A stretch of DNA of 64,000 nucleotides from Euglena gracilis (lineage: Eukaryota). A program made the position numbers and the translations under genes. Shown piece by piece: positions 29,201 to 42,700 of the stretch. Every line of letters starts with the position of its first letter. Position 1 is the stretch's first letter. The stretch lies in the NCBI GenBank assembly GCA_039621445.1, contig CP154954.1, positions 7,876,634 to 7,940,633 of the forward strand, in the 5' to 3' direction. The notes beneath the pieces are model-generated. The model was not told the DNA's origin and ran no database searches. It was given only the letters and a program-made list of their open reading frames with translations.

Positions 29201-32200
29201 GTACATGGACCAGAGACAGCAACAGGTTGCCCGGTCCAGCCATGTGGTTGACGCGGCAGGGAGAAGGGCAGGCTGAGTGGCAGTGGCTTTGGGACCGGAG
29301 CCCGCGGCTTGAGGTGTTGCGGTGGCTGCAACGCGCTTCCCAAATGGTACCACTTGACAGAAATGCGCACGGGACTCACTGATGTGAATGTAAATGAGGC
29401 GGTGAGCGAGCCACATTTTCAGGCCCAGCAATGGAGACTCCAGCAGGTCCACACCCTCCTGTGCGGCAGCTTGAGCCGGGGTAGTGGCAGCAGCGGGTGG
29501 TACTGGGGTCGTGGCAGCCGCGGCGACGGGTTGTGCCGGGGTCGTGGCAGTGGCGGCTGCAGGTTGTGCCGGTGTCGTCGCAGCAGCAGTTGCGTCTTGA
29601 GCGGGGGTTGTGGCAGCGGCGGGGTGTACCGGGGTCGTGGCAGCGGGCGTGGCAGCGGGCTGAATGGCCGGGGCTGCAACACTCGGGCCGCTGCCAGCGG
29701 CGGCCGGGGTCGCTGCTGGAGCTGAAAGACGCCGGGCGAGGCAGGGAAACCGCATCGCGAAACGCAGGTCTCGGACGAGGCGTTCATGGGCTTGGATGTG
29801 GAACATGCAATCCAGAGAGTGAGTGCAGTGAAAATCTGCAATGAGTTCACCATCTTCACCCAGGCTAAACAAAATTAACAAATGCTGTCGAAAATCGGTT
29901 GAAACATACACCAAATTTTTTCGGTTTCCGGCGGGAAATGCCGGAAATTTGGGGGGGTTGCCCAGGAGGGGGGGGGGGGGACCCAGACCCCCCTCGGTGT
30001 GAAGGGGGGTCCCTCCCCCCTGGGAACACCCCCTGAAAAACCACCGCTCATGTGATACCCTGGGGCCAGGGGGCAAGGCTTCTTATATACCCAAACCCCG
30101 GGAGGTTGGGGGTACTTGCTATGAGGTGCCTGCCCATAGCAGGCACCCCCACCCCCCGGGCCAGGACCTTAGATTCACTTGCCATCTGTGTGAGCATACC
30201 TCCCCCCCCCCCGGGGGGGGTTCGAGAGTGGGTGGGCCCACCCTGGGGGGGGGGCGCAATATTTTGGAACAGCTGAAGGCCAGGCCGGAGATAATCTGAT
30301 CAGCGGTTTTGACGAATATTGGCTGTATTTTTGGGTGGGTGGGTGGTGGATCCCCGACCCCACGGGGGGGGGGGCAGCCCGGCGCCCCTTCGGGGGGGGG
30401 GGGGGAAACCGGGCCGTCTGAGGGCATTTCCCCCAAAAAATTGGCAGTCCGTGCAAAAACCCATTCCGGGGCCGGACCCATTCCGGGGGGGCCGGACCAA
30501 TTCCGGGATTCCGGGGGGGGGGGGAGACCTGTCCATTCCGGGGGGGACGGCCCCAGGGGGGAGGGCTGACAGAAGCCTGAGCACCACCCCACCCCAAAAC
30601 CCGACCCCCAGGGACACTGCCCTGCCTCCTGCCTGCCCATGTACCCCCACAGGGGTTTTTTTAAGACCGGGGGGTCCCCCCACCCACCCACCCCCTGGGG
30701 GCCCCCGGGGGGGGGGGGGTGGTCCCGGGGAACCCACAAAAAATGGCCGAAAAATGGCGAAAAGTGCTAAAAATAGCACTTTTTCGGCACCTTCGGTGGC
30801 GAAAAGTATATCCCACCCCCCCTCCGGGGGGACCCCCCCGGGGGGGGGGGGCTCAGCCGAACCCACCCACCCTACCCCCCTCCCCCCCCGGGGGTCCACG
30901 ACTAAAAAAACCCCTGTACCTCCATTCTGTGGGGTGTGAACGTCCGGGGGGCACACCCTGCTGCACAGCGGGCGGCGCCAGGGCGGGGGTGGCAGCCGGC
31001 TGGGCGGCCGGGGTGGCCGTCGAGGGGCTGGTGCTGGCAGCTGCAGTGGGGGCGCCAGCGGTGGCGGTCCCTGCGGGGGAAAAGCTCTCGGACACAACGC
31101 GGTGGGGTCAGGCTCCGATGCAAAGCCAGGTGGGGGGGTCGGACCCCTAACTTGAACAGTGGCACAATCTTTCAACCTGGCGCGAAGCGCCGGGCCAGAA
31201 AACTTGGACCCCCAAAACATTATGGGCACTTTTGGCAAAAAAAAATGTCAAAATGCAAAAATTTTCGGTGCAAAGCGCCAAAAGGAAAACTTTGACCTTT
31301 TTTGGGAAGGTCTGGCCCATCCTTGGCAGGTGGGGGGTGGTCTGTGGACCCCCCTCCAGGGGGACACCCCCCCCACGCCAAAACCCCGCACGCCCTCCCC
31401 GAACCCTGGGCTGTGGTCCGGAAAATGAAGGGCAGTAGGGAAGACCATCCCACCGCTCACCAAAAACTGATAGGCGGTCTCACCACAGGACGTATTCTGC
31501 TTCGCCTCAAAAACTTTCATTCACTCAATGGTTCACGATTGGCCCCAAACTCAATAATATGCCCCGAGAATATTATTTGGGGGGGTTATTTGCTTTTTTA
31601 GAATTGCATTCTGCCAGCATTCACCACTCACTCAATCAGGGCTCAGTGCCCAGACTCAGCACCATTCTCAGCATTGCAACTCAGCACTTCCAAGCACAAA
31701 TCCGATCACAAAAGAGACACTTGTTTCAAAAAAGGATTATCCAATTTACCGCGCTAAAGCTGTTCCCCTCTCACTTACTCTTTATACGGAAATATATTTC
31801 ACCTTCATGCCAGAAACGTGTTTGTTTTTCAGGCACAAAGGCATTATTATGATCTGAGGAAACCCGACAAAGTGAAGTTAATCAGAGCCACAATTCAAAA
31901 AAAAAGCTGGGTTCTTTGGGAAATCTGTCCTCTGACCCATTAAAATTTTTAAAACCCAACCCCAGAAACCCAAAAGAAATTGCTTCTCAGATCCCCCCCC
32001 AAAAAGCAGAGGGAACGCATGCATGAATGAATGCAAATCGAGAGCCACACGCACACACCACAAACACACACCACAATCACCACCATCAAAGCTGCACGCT
32101 TGCACGTTGCACGCTGGGTCGCACTGCGAGTTGCCAATCCACGAGTATGGACACCCGGCCACGCACAGCGGCTGATCTGGGAGGGTAAGAATAAGAATGA

Positions 32201-35077
32201 GAATAACAGGGAAGAAAGAAGAAGAATTAAAATATAAAGTTATCATTAATTATTAATAATTAAAAAAAACAATCAATAATTTAATTGCTAGCTGTTATGG
32301 CGATTAGCTGTTATTGGCTGTGGTGGTTATCCAGCGGTATACAAATGAGTAAACCCCCCCCAATAATAAACCCCCCCGGTTTATTATTTGGACACCCGAA
32401 GTCGGGGTCCAGGGGGGGGGGTTATTATTTGGGCAAAAATTTCGAAGTCAAAATTAGACCCGAAAACCCCTCCACAGGCTCCAATGGTCACTTTTTTGGC
32501 ATTTTTTTTGGGCTTTTTTGAAAACTGGGTGCTTTTTTGGCATATTTTCTGCACCAATTTGATCCATTTTTGTGATTTTTTGAAACATTTCTGCTAATTT
32601 TTGGCTCTTTTTTTCTTTGCCCTCACACCTGCCAGAGGGGGGGGTTTATTATTTGGGCGGCCGAAGTCGGTCCTCAGGGGGGGGGGGGGATATTATTTGG
32701 GGGGGTTTTTTTTTTGGGGGGCGTTTTTTTTTGGGGGGGGGGGGTTATGGACCCATGTTGGAATAACACTCAGACAATGATTCCTGAAAAATGAATCATA
32801 TTTCTCTCTGGATTTTGATTCAGGAGACCGAAAGATGGATAAAGATGAATATGCATTTCCTTTTCATGTGTAAACTCTAATCAGCATATAAAGCACGATA
32901 TTTTTCACGCTGTCATAGCGTACTTTCTTTCTCAATGTCTATAAGCATGCAATCCCTGTGGGTATTGAGGTCCCCTGGTAACAGGTGGACCAATCAATCC
33001 CTTTCTGCTTTATTATCAGATGAGAAATGTTGAGCAAGCAAGCCTTTGAGTGAACCTACACTAAAGCAACCGAGCACGTGAAACAATTTTTGCTCAATTT
33101 TGGTCAGAGTTTAATTGCGCACTTCCAATCATCAACCAAAAAAAATTCCCAAATAAAAAAGAGGAATTCATTGTCCAGGCAAACATGTACCAAGCCAGGT
33201 GGGGGAAGAAAACCCCCCGTCAAAACCCCCTCAACCCACCATAGCACTTGAGAAAGGGGGAATTCCTTCATTGCCGAAGGAAATATTAACGCATCGGCAC
33301 ACCAGGAAAGAAGCGATGGGGTGGGGGGACTCCCCACTACCCCGGGTGGTCCGGACCCCCCCCCCTGCGGGCCAGGAGGGGGGGGGAGTGGGGGGGGGAC
33401 ACCCCCCCCCACCTAAACAGTGGCGCGGTCTGGGTGACCGATTTTCGGCCCGGCGCGAAGCGCCGGGCCGAAAATTTTTGACCCCCCAAAACGACCAAAA
33501 ATGCCATTTTGGGCACTTTTTGGGCAAAAATGTGCCAAAAATGCAAAAAAAATTCGGCGCAAAGCGCCGGAGGAAAAAATTGACCCTTTTGGGGGGGGGG
33601 TCCCGGGAACCCCCCCCCCCCGAGGGTCGGTCCGGACCCCCCTGGCAGGTGGGGGGGGGGGTGGTCCGGGTCCCCCCATGCGGGCCAGGAGGGGGGGGTG
33701 GGGGACACCCCCCACCTAAACCATGTCCGCCCTCCTTATATCAAACCCTGCTACCCCCCCCCCCGGATGAAGGTGGCCAAGACCTATAGGGTCTCCAGGG
33801 TTCCCAGTTGGCCCTGAGCAGGGGGTCCAGCCCAGCACCCAGTCAAACCGCTGACCAAAAGGATTGCACCCGCAAAAATGACAAAAAAAACTGCCAATGA
33901 TTGACTTTTGCTCCAAAACTTGACCCTTTCTGCCCTTTTGATTTAACCCGTGGCTGGAAAAAGCTGCTGGCCGGGGGGGATGGGGTCCCTTCAGCTTAAT
34001 GACCCTGAGTTTGGGAAGGGTGATCACCAGCCCCGAGATGTAGGCACCGATGAACTTCCACAAACAACTTTTGGGTCAGTGAAATTTCTGACCGAATCCA
34101 GACCATACAATTTTTTACCGACCCCCGGGGGGGAGGGGGGGGTCACTCCACTTTTTGAAAAACCAGTCAGTGACTTTTTTTTGGGAAGCCAATCAGTCAC
34201 TACCCCGGGGGGGGGGGTCGGCCACTCAGAAAAACGGCCACTTTCCAGTCACTTTAGACCAAAAAAATTTTCCCGGCGCCTTTGGCGCCGGGGTCACTCA
34301 AGCCACTTTTGCCCACCCCTGGCCGACCCCCCCCCCCGGGGGGGGGGGGGGGAGGGGGTCCGGGCCCAAAAACAGTCAGTCACTCTGAAAAAACCAGTCA
34401 GTCACCCCCGGGGGGGGGGGTGGGACAGTGCTTAAAAAATTGTCTGATCCAGACCCCCACCCCACCCAGGGGTTTTTTTAAGACCGGGGGGGGGTCCCCC
34501 CCCCCCCCCCCCCCCCGGGGGGGGCGCCCCCTGGGGGGGGTCCCAGGGGGGGGGGGAAAAATGGCCGAAAAATCGCGAAAAGTGCTAAAAATAGCACTTT
34601 TTCGGCACCTTCGGTGCCGAAAAGTATATCCCGCCCCCCTCCGGGGAAACCACCCACCCCACCCCCCCCCCCCCCCCCCCCGGGGGCCAAGGCCAAAAAA
34701 AACCCTGCACCCCCCCCAAACCCCCTCCCACCACACAGGTGAAGGTGTGTCCGGCAACGTACCCTGCGCTGAGGCCACAGGTTGAACCGCGGGCTGGCCA
34801 GTGGCTGCTTCGGGGCCGGCGCTCGGGGCTTGGGCGGTGGCAGTAGCTGTGGTGTGCGGGGCGCTTGGGTGGGCAGGGAAGCAGAAGGGCTGTTTCAGGG
34901 GACTCTGTTTGTCGCTGATCCCCCTCTGCATGTGGCGTCCCCGCCAAAAACAAAAAGAAATAGAACACGGTCTTTCCAAAGGCTGCAGCTTCATCTGTCA
35001 ACAAAAAAACCAAGAGAGAAAAATTCTCGTCGCAGTCAGACACACTGATATGCAGGACCCTCTGGCGAAGAGCTTAC

Positions 35078-35114
<37 letters not shown>

Positions 35115-38100
35115 CACACACCCACACACACCAGGGGTTTTCTTAAGGACCCGGGGGGGGGGGGGCCAGCCTTCGGCTGGAAAAAAGGCTGCTGGCTGGA
35201 CCCCCCGGGGGGATGGGGGGGGAGGTGGGGTCCAGGGCTGGAGGGGGCTGGGCTGGGCTGGGTCAGTGAAAAAACAAAAATTTCCAAAACATTTTTGCCT
35301 TCTTGACATTTTGCTGGATGGAGCTAGATCAAGGCTGGGGGGCTGTGATCAAGCACCCATAGTCAAGCCCAAAAATTTCCCCATTTTAGGCCATTTTAGG
35401 TATAGGTGGGGGTTCTGAAAATCATAATTTTGCGTCATATTTGTCCCGAAAACTGCATCATAACGTGTGCAAACCTCATCTTATTCAGTAATACAGTGAG
35501 TGGACAGGGTTATTGACACCATTTGGACAAAATTGCTGAAACTGAATAATTATTGAAAATTTTTGAAAAAGCTATTGAAACTCAGAACAAAATAAGTACA
35601 TGGAAACTGAGGAAATCCTCAAACCTTGTATTGTGCTCAAAGTGTAATCCCACGCTTCACTAATCTGGACACTTCACTTTGTTTGCAAAAGCAAATTAAC
35701 ATGGAAAAAACCTTGTTCAGTTTGGTTCAGCAGAAGAAACAACTCATACCGCCCAATTTTAACGTGATGACAATTACACCATTTCTTCTTCAATGATATT
35801 TGATTTGTTTAAAATCACAAAATGATTCAATTTTGAGTTTGCACCCCGAAAAGCGGCGAGACGATAGCACTTTTTTTTTATTAACAACCAACAAAATGAG
35901 TCGAATTTCGAGATTGCCACCTGAAGGGCGGCGAGACGATAACACTTTTTTGTTCATTAAAATTTGGAAATACAAGGCTGTTGTTTAAAAGGTTTAATTG
36001 CCCTCAAAACATGCTTAAACCCTCAAAAAAACCTACAAAAAGCACTTTAGCTTTGTTTTTTTTTTGTTGCAAACCTTGTCTTTTTGCACAAAATGCAAGT
36101 CTGAAAAAACACTTGACAACCTTGCGGAAATCCGCCTGGTGGACAAACAAAACCTGCATGTCCCTCCCAGCCTGCTCCAAGCCGTTCCAGCCTCATGCGT
36201 CCTCCGCCCCCTGGGGATATCCAGGGAGCCCCCCCCCCCAACTGCCAAAAAATATTGGTAGTTTCCATAACATTGCCCAAAGTTTCAATAACTTTGTCCA
36301 AATATTTCAAAACCATGGGAAGCTCAACAAATCTTAATTCATACACAATTTACGGAAGTGAAAATTTTTCAGGAAAAAAAACGGACAAATACTAAAAGTT
36401 TTGATTTGCGCAACCAAAAAGCCCAAAATTATGAAAAATTATAAAAAATAAAATTATACTGGATCGTGATTTGAAGGAATCCCGGTACCTAAAGAATAAG
36501 CATACACATCTTTCAATTAAAATTTTCTCAAACATCTCTCACCTTTTTTTTCATCTTTTCTTTCCAGATTTTTCCCCACACTTCTAATTTGCACTGTTTC
36601 ATTGTTTGCGAAACAGAAATCGGTGCACGCCAAAAAAAGAGCAAGAAAAAGTAAAAAAAAAAGCTCTCCAAGCCTTAAAAATTCAGCTACCAAAAGAAGG
36701 TTGGCGGCCGTGGATTTGGGGACTTACACCATTATTAGCTGGGATAAAAAGTGGGCCTCGTGGGGCTGCGCTCCTCCACCAAATCCACTGTTTACCGTCC
36801 ACATTGACAAAAGACACCGAAAGTCATTACCTGAGTGGCTTCAGTTGTTCACAAAAAAATGCAACAAAATTATGCAACATATTTTTTTTTCCATTTTAGG
36901 ACATTTTAGGCCATTTTAGAAACCCCCACCTATAGGGGGGCAAGAAGTCATTTCAGACCATTTTAGGCCATTTTAGCTATAGGTGCTTGGCTGTGATGGA
37001 GGAAGCTGTGAGGAAGGAAAAAAATGCAGGGCTGGTGAGCTGGGCAGCCAAGTTGGCTGGCCAGCCTGCGGCTGGCTGGCCCGGCCTCTGGCCGGGCTGG
37101 ACCCAACTTTACTCGACCCCCCCCCGGGGGGGGGGGGCTCTCAGCCCGAATTTGGGCTGCTGGCTGGATTTGAGCTGCTGGCTGGCTGGACCCCCCCCCC
37201 GAAGGGGAGTAGGGTGCCCTCCGGCTTAAGGAAACCCCTGCACACAACACCCACCCACACACACCACAGTCGCCCCCGTCGAAGCCGCACGCTGCCACGT
37301 TGCACGCCGAGTCACACTGCGAGTTGCCAATCCAAGAATAAGGGCAGCCAGGTGCGCACAGCGGCTGATCTGCGGAGATGGACAGCCACCGTGGCTTGAA
37401 CGAAAGAAAAGGATTTTTTCATTTTTTTTTACAATCGATTTCTTTGTGAAACTTGGAATTCAACTATGGCAGGTGACGATGGCCATAGTTTCTGATTATA
37501 AGTTTATGTGGCGAACCGCATCCGTGAGTGCTGCATAATACAACACAGCGAAAGAAAAAAAAAACACAACCAAATTTCAAATTCTCCTGAATTTTGCCAA
37601 CTAAACATGGCATCTTAAAAAAAAACAATCTTCAGGAGGTTGTCTTCCACACAAAAAATCGTCCATTATCCCAGGCAACCTGCCCCACCCTGGAGAGGAG
37701 GTTCGGGATCAAAACCAGTCAGCCCCCCCCTGGGAAGCCCCCCCCCCCCTGGGAGAGATCAGACCACACCACCACGAAGCAACAGCACGAATGAGGCGGA
37801 CCTTGTGTGCCAGCCTGCTGGAGGGGGAGAGCGGGGGTCGTGGCAGGGGTGGCCGGCAGGGCAACCGGCACAATCGGGGGTTGGGTGGTCGCAGCTTTGG
37901 GGCCAGCTTTGGCTGTGGGCACGGGTGGGAGATGTCTGGGGACAGGGGGAGTGAAGCCGCTCACTGAGCGTTGGGAAACATTTGGGGACAAACATGGGGT
38001 TGACAACCATGCAAACATGCAAACCTTATCAGAAGAGGAGGTTCACAGCTGCATGGGAGGTCGCCTGCTTGGCAAGGTCATTGATTATAATCGTCTAGCC

Positions 38101-39680
38101 CCAGCCCCCCCAAAAAAACCACTCAAATGGACCTGCTCGGGTTTCTGTCATGCATCTGAATGAAAGACCCCTCTGGCTTCTTATCAAGGCTTCCAGGACC
38201 CCACCCAGAACTCACCCCCCCACCTGCCCACCTACCTCAAAACTGAAAGACTTTCCATCCACCCCCTGGGTGGGTCCTGCTGGCTGCTGGGCAGGCCCCA
38301 GGTGGTTCCGGAAAACAAGCAAAAGCCCGTGTGTCTGTGGGTGGGTGGTGTGGTGGGGGGGTGGGGGGATGTGGGTGTGGGTGTGGGTGTGGTGTGGGTG
38401 TGGGTGTGGGTGTGGGTGTGGGTGTGGGTGTGGGTGTGGGTGTGGGTGTGGGTGTGGGTGTGGGTGTGGGTGTGGGTGTGGGTGTGGGTGTGGGTGTGGT
38501 AGATGTGGGTGTGGGTTGATTCATGGGAGTGTCTGTGCATACCTTGATTTTTCCAAATGCGCTGAATTGGGCTTTTTTTTTAAAAGTGACACGATGTATG
38601 GTTCAAAAATGCAGCGCAATGGTTCCAAAAAAACATAATGTAACAGAGATGCCTCATAGCAACTGGGGATACAACCTTGGGTAGGGGTGGGGAAAATGCA
38701 ATTTTGAAGAATTTTAAATTGTTGTATTGAAATATCTTATAAATCTCCTTTTTTGACATAAATGTATCAAATGGCAATTCCAAGAACAGCCTTCTGAAGT
38801 CCCACCCTGCCCCAGTGGTGGGGGGGGGGGGTTCGGCAAGCCAGCAGTTTTTTCTGGCCAGCTACTCCCAGCTGGGCTGCGAACCCCCAGGGTGGGTGGG
38901 TTCCCCCACCCACTCAGCAGGCTTCTTGTCTGTTTATGGCCGGCGCTAACTTCACTTCTGGCCGAGTTTGTGTGGTGAGTGGCCAGGGACCCCTTACACC
39001 AGTGCTCTTGTGTTGCTCCCCCTGGCCGGGTGAGCAACTCTGGTGTAATTCCAGTGCTGTGGGGACATGCACTCACCTTGTGTGGCGGAACCACCCCGTG
39101 GGTGGGTCCGTGGGTTTGCGCGAAACCCGGGGGTTTCTGACTTTGGCGCGACCAGATCCGGGGATCCAGCCCCGGACCCCCTCCCTTAGGCTTGTGCTTA
39201 CCGACCGGGGGGAGGGGGTGGGTGGGTGCTTTCGGGTGCCTGCCCCTAGCAGGCATACCCCCCCGGGGGGGGGGTCCGGGGGCCAGAATTTTTTCATGGA
39301 AAATGGCCTTTTCCGGGGGGGGGTCGGATGGGTGCTATAGGGTGCCTGCACCCCCCCCTGTGGGGTAGGCACCCGACTGAGCACAAGATGCCTGACTGAG
39401 CACAGGTGCCTGACCCCCCCTTAGTTGCACTAAGGCTTCTTGTCTGTTTATTGCCGGCTCATACCTGCCCCCCCCCGGGGGGTCTTCCGGGGCGAGTTAG
39501 TTAAAGAAGACCCCCGGGGTCGAGTTGAAATAAACTTTTCGCTGCCCGGCAAAACCAGGCTGGACCAAAAGATTCCAAAGCACTGAAAGTTTTGGAAAAA
39601 ATCAATAATGATAGGGCCATTTTTGTGTGGTTTTTGCTTTTTCACCTCAAAATTTTGGCAGAAATGGCAACCCACCTGGA

Positions 39681-39747
<67 letters not shown>

Positions 39748-42700
39748 ACAGTCGCCCCCGTCGAAGCCGCATGCTGGCACATTGCACGCCGCGTCACACT
39801 GCGAGTTGCCAATCCAAGAATAAGGGCAGCCAGGTGCGCACAGCGGCTGATCTGCGGAGAAAAAAAACCGCCATTTTACCTTGAAAAAAAAAGCTCAATA
39901 AAATTTTGAGGTTTGAGGGGAAATGGGTGCCAAAATATGGAATTGGATTTCTGAGGTCATTCAAGAGGAAACGTACAAATTCTGGGTCCCCTCAGGGGGG
40001 GGGCAGTAGTTAAACAAGGGGGTTAGACTCCCCACTCGCATTTAAGAAGTGGGCCCAGACCCCAATTTGCATGTGTTTTCGCACTTCCCACGAGAGATGT
40101 CACGGACAAATGTATAATATGGAAGGCTAACTCCCGGCAGAGGGTTTGGGTTTCTTAAAAGGGATAGGGTCAGGACAAAGATTTAGATTTGTTTGGCCCA
40201 AAAGAGACATAAATTCGGCCTGAATTTTGGCCTAAGTTGTGGTCTAAATATGCCTGACCTCCTAAAACTCTAACCCAACACCTAAAACAACAAAAAAAAA
40301 AAAAAAAAAACTTTTCAGAAAATGGACCTTTCCATCTAGCTGTTGGCTCCCCATGGGGTCAGAAGTGAGATGCTGCCTTTCAAGCTAATTCTTGCCTTTC
40401 AAGCTAATTCTTAAGTTAAAAATGGCAAATCACACACAGAACTTCCGTGGGAGATGCAAAAATATCAGCAAAAGAACGGGTAGCCTAAAACACTCAGATG
40501 TGCAGCACAGCGCAAACCCCCCAGCATCCCAAATGTGGTGAGAATCCAAACCCCACCACCCCATCCCGTGGCGGGGAGCCCCCGTGACAAAAACTCAACT
40601 TTTGTTTCAGATGGAGAAAAGTTTTATTCAAGACCCAAACAGCACAAAGAGGACAAACAGCACAATTTGGAGCACAATTTGGGGAGGGGCAAACTGGGTG
40701 TATGCTCGCAGGAAACACTGAATAATTATCCAGTGAGACAAGGAACTGAAAATTGTGACATCTATGCGTATTCAAATAAAGAGAGTCTGACCAGCAAACC
40801 CAAGTTATCCTTCACAACTTCACAACTTTTTCCAACAACCCCACGACTTGGGCCGCGGCAGCCACACACCCTGTGGTGTTGTGGCAACCTGTACCGGGGC
40901 AGTGCTGGGGGTGGTGGCAGGCAGAGTGACGGGGGGCACTGCCTTTGGCCCGGTGGCTGGAGCGGGGGCTGAGGTGAGGACGGGCGAATGCAAGAAAGCG
41001 GCCGGTGGGCACAAATGGCAGGAACATCAAAAAAGCAATTGCATAACTTCTTTACCCTTGGAGACAGGGCGTCGCTCAGCAGCCTGGGGGGGGGGTCCAG
41101 CTCAACCATCTTTGCAATCATCTTTGTATAATGCATATGTGGAGACATAAGACATCTAACCCCCCCCAATTAGAAGCCCCCCGGGGCTACTATTCGGTCA
41201 CTCTGCGGAAAACCCGAGGGGGGGGGCTTCTAATTGGGTACCCTTTGTCTAAAGGAAAAATTTCGGCCGGCGGTCGATCCCGGGATCGAACGGGGTCCAA
41301 GTTTAAAAAATTGCAAGACGCATTTATTCTAGTTTTTGGGTGGATAGGCCATGTTTCAAGCATACTAGATATCACTTTTGTTCCCAATGTCGACCTTTTT
41401 CGTGGAGAATTTTCGAGTTTTTCACCATTTTTCAGAAATTTCTTTCGTCAAATTTCCCCACGGCTTCGCCCCGGGGGGGGGGGGGCTGTTATTTGGATTT
41501 TTGGCGGGAAACCTGAGGGGGGGGCTTCTATTTGGGGGGGGTTGTTATTTGGGGGGGGGGGGGGCTTCTAATTGGGGGGGGTTTATGTGTATATCAAGGA
41601 TTTCCCAGGGAGGTCCAGCTAGCCAGCCAGGTTCAAAAAAAAGTTGCTGGCTGGAACCCAAAAAACAGGCAAAAAAAACAAAATCCTGCCGGGTGGTAAA
41701 TCATCAGCCAACACTCCGAGGGACTTTAAAGAACCCTCAAAAACACTGCGGTTGGCCATCTTTGACCCTCTTTTGAAAAATTTATGGAACTTGCCCAAAA
41801 ATTGTTTGGCTCAGCCTGGCTGGGCTGAGCCGGCCCAATTGTCATACCATGAACCCATGGGGGGGGTCAACAGCCCGGCTGGGAGCTGCTGGGTGCAAAA
41901 AGTGATGGCTGGCTGGATCCCTGGTCCACTCTGGCTTAAGAAATCCCCTGGGTGTGTATGCCATGTATGTGTTCATCTGCATGTGTATGTGTGCGCGTGT
42001 ATCTATGTGTGTGTCTGTCGGCGCCGAAAAATATACCCCACTCCCCCTTGGGGGAACCCCCCCCCCCCGGGGGGGGGCTCGGCCGGACCCAGCCACCCTA
42101 CCCCCCCCCCCCCGGGGTCCACGACTGAAAAACCCCCTGCCTACAACCCCCGACCGGGGGGACCCAAAACCACCAAGAAAAACCCCCGAAGCGGCCTGCA
42201 AACCCCCCAGACCCAGAATCACCCACCCTGGCCTGCGGGTGTAACTTGTCTGGGCGGGGTAAAAAGGGGGCAATCGGGCGTATGGTGAAGCACATAACGG
42301 CAAAAACCCCCCAGGGGCGGCACAACATATGCACCGGTGCAACCACATGCAAACACGGGGGACGGGCAGCAATCCGTTCATGCACACAAACAGAGGCCCA
42401 AAAGTTGGAAACAGCCAACAAACGGATGCAATCGAGTCAGCAGTTTGTGTCAAACAGCAAGCATGCGGAGCAAGACAAAACAACCCCCTCGCCCAGGAAC
42501 CAACCAACTGACAGAAGTCCCCCCGGGATTCGGGGACACTGTTGCCCCCGGCGAGGGGGCCAGGGCCCGGCACTGCCCCCGAAAAACAGCACGGCAGTGG
42601 ATCGGGAACGGGGGAAGGTCGGCAGCGAGACCGGGGGAAAACCAGCAGCGACTAACCCGGAGGGCCGTGGGGAAAAAAACCTGATGCCTGATCCCTACAC

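Noticed and set aside
29240-29325. Stalk-type exon [28 protein letters not shown]
   Set aside because: Good acceptor and clear paralogy to 25727-25807, but I could not find an in-phase donor. It may be a pseudo-exon, a sequence error or an atypical donor, so it is left out of the firm exon list.
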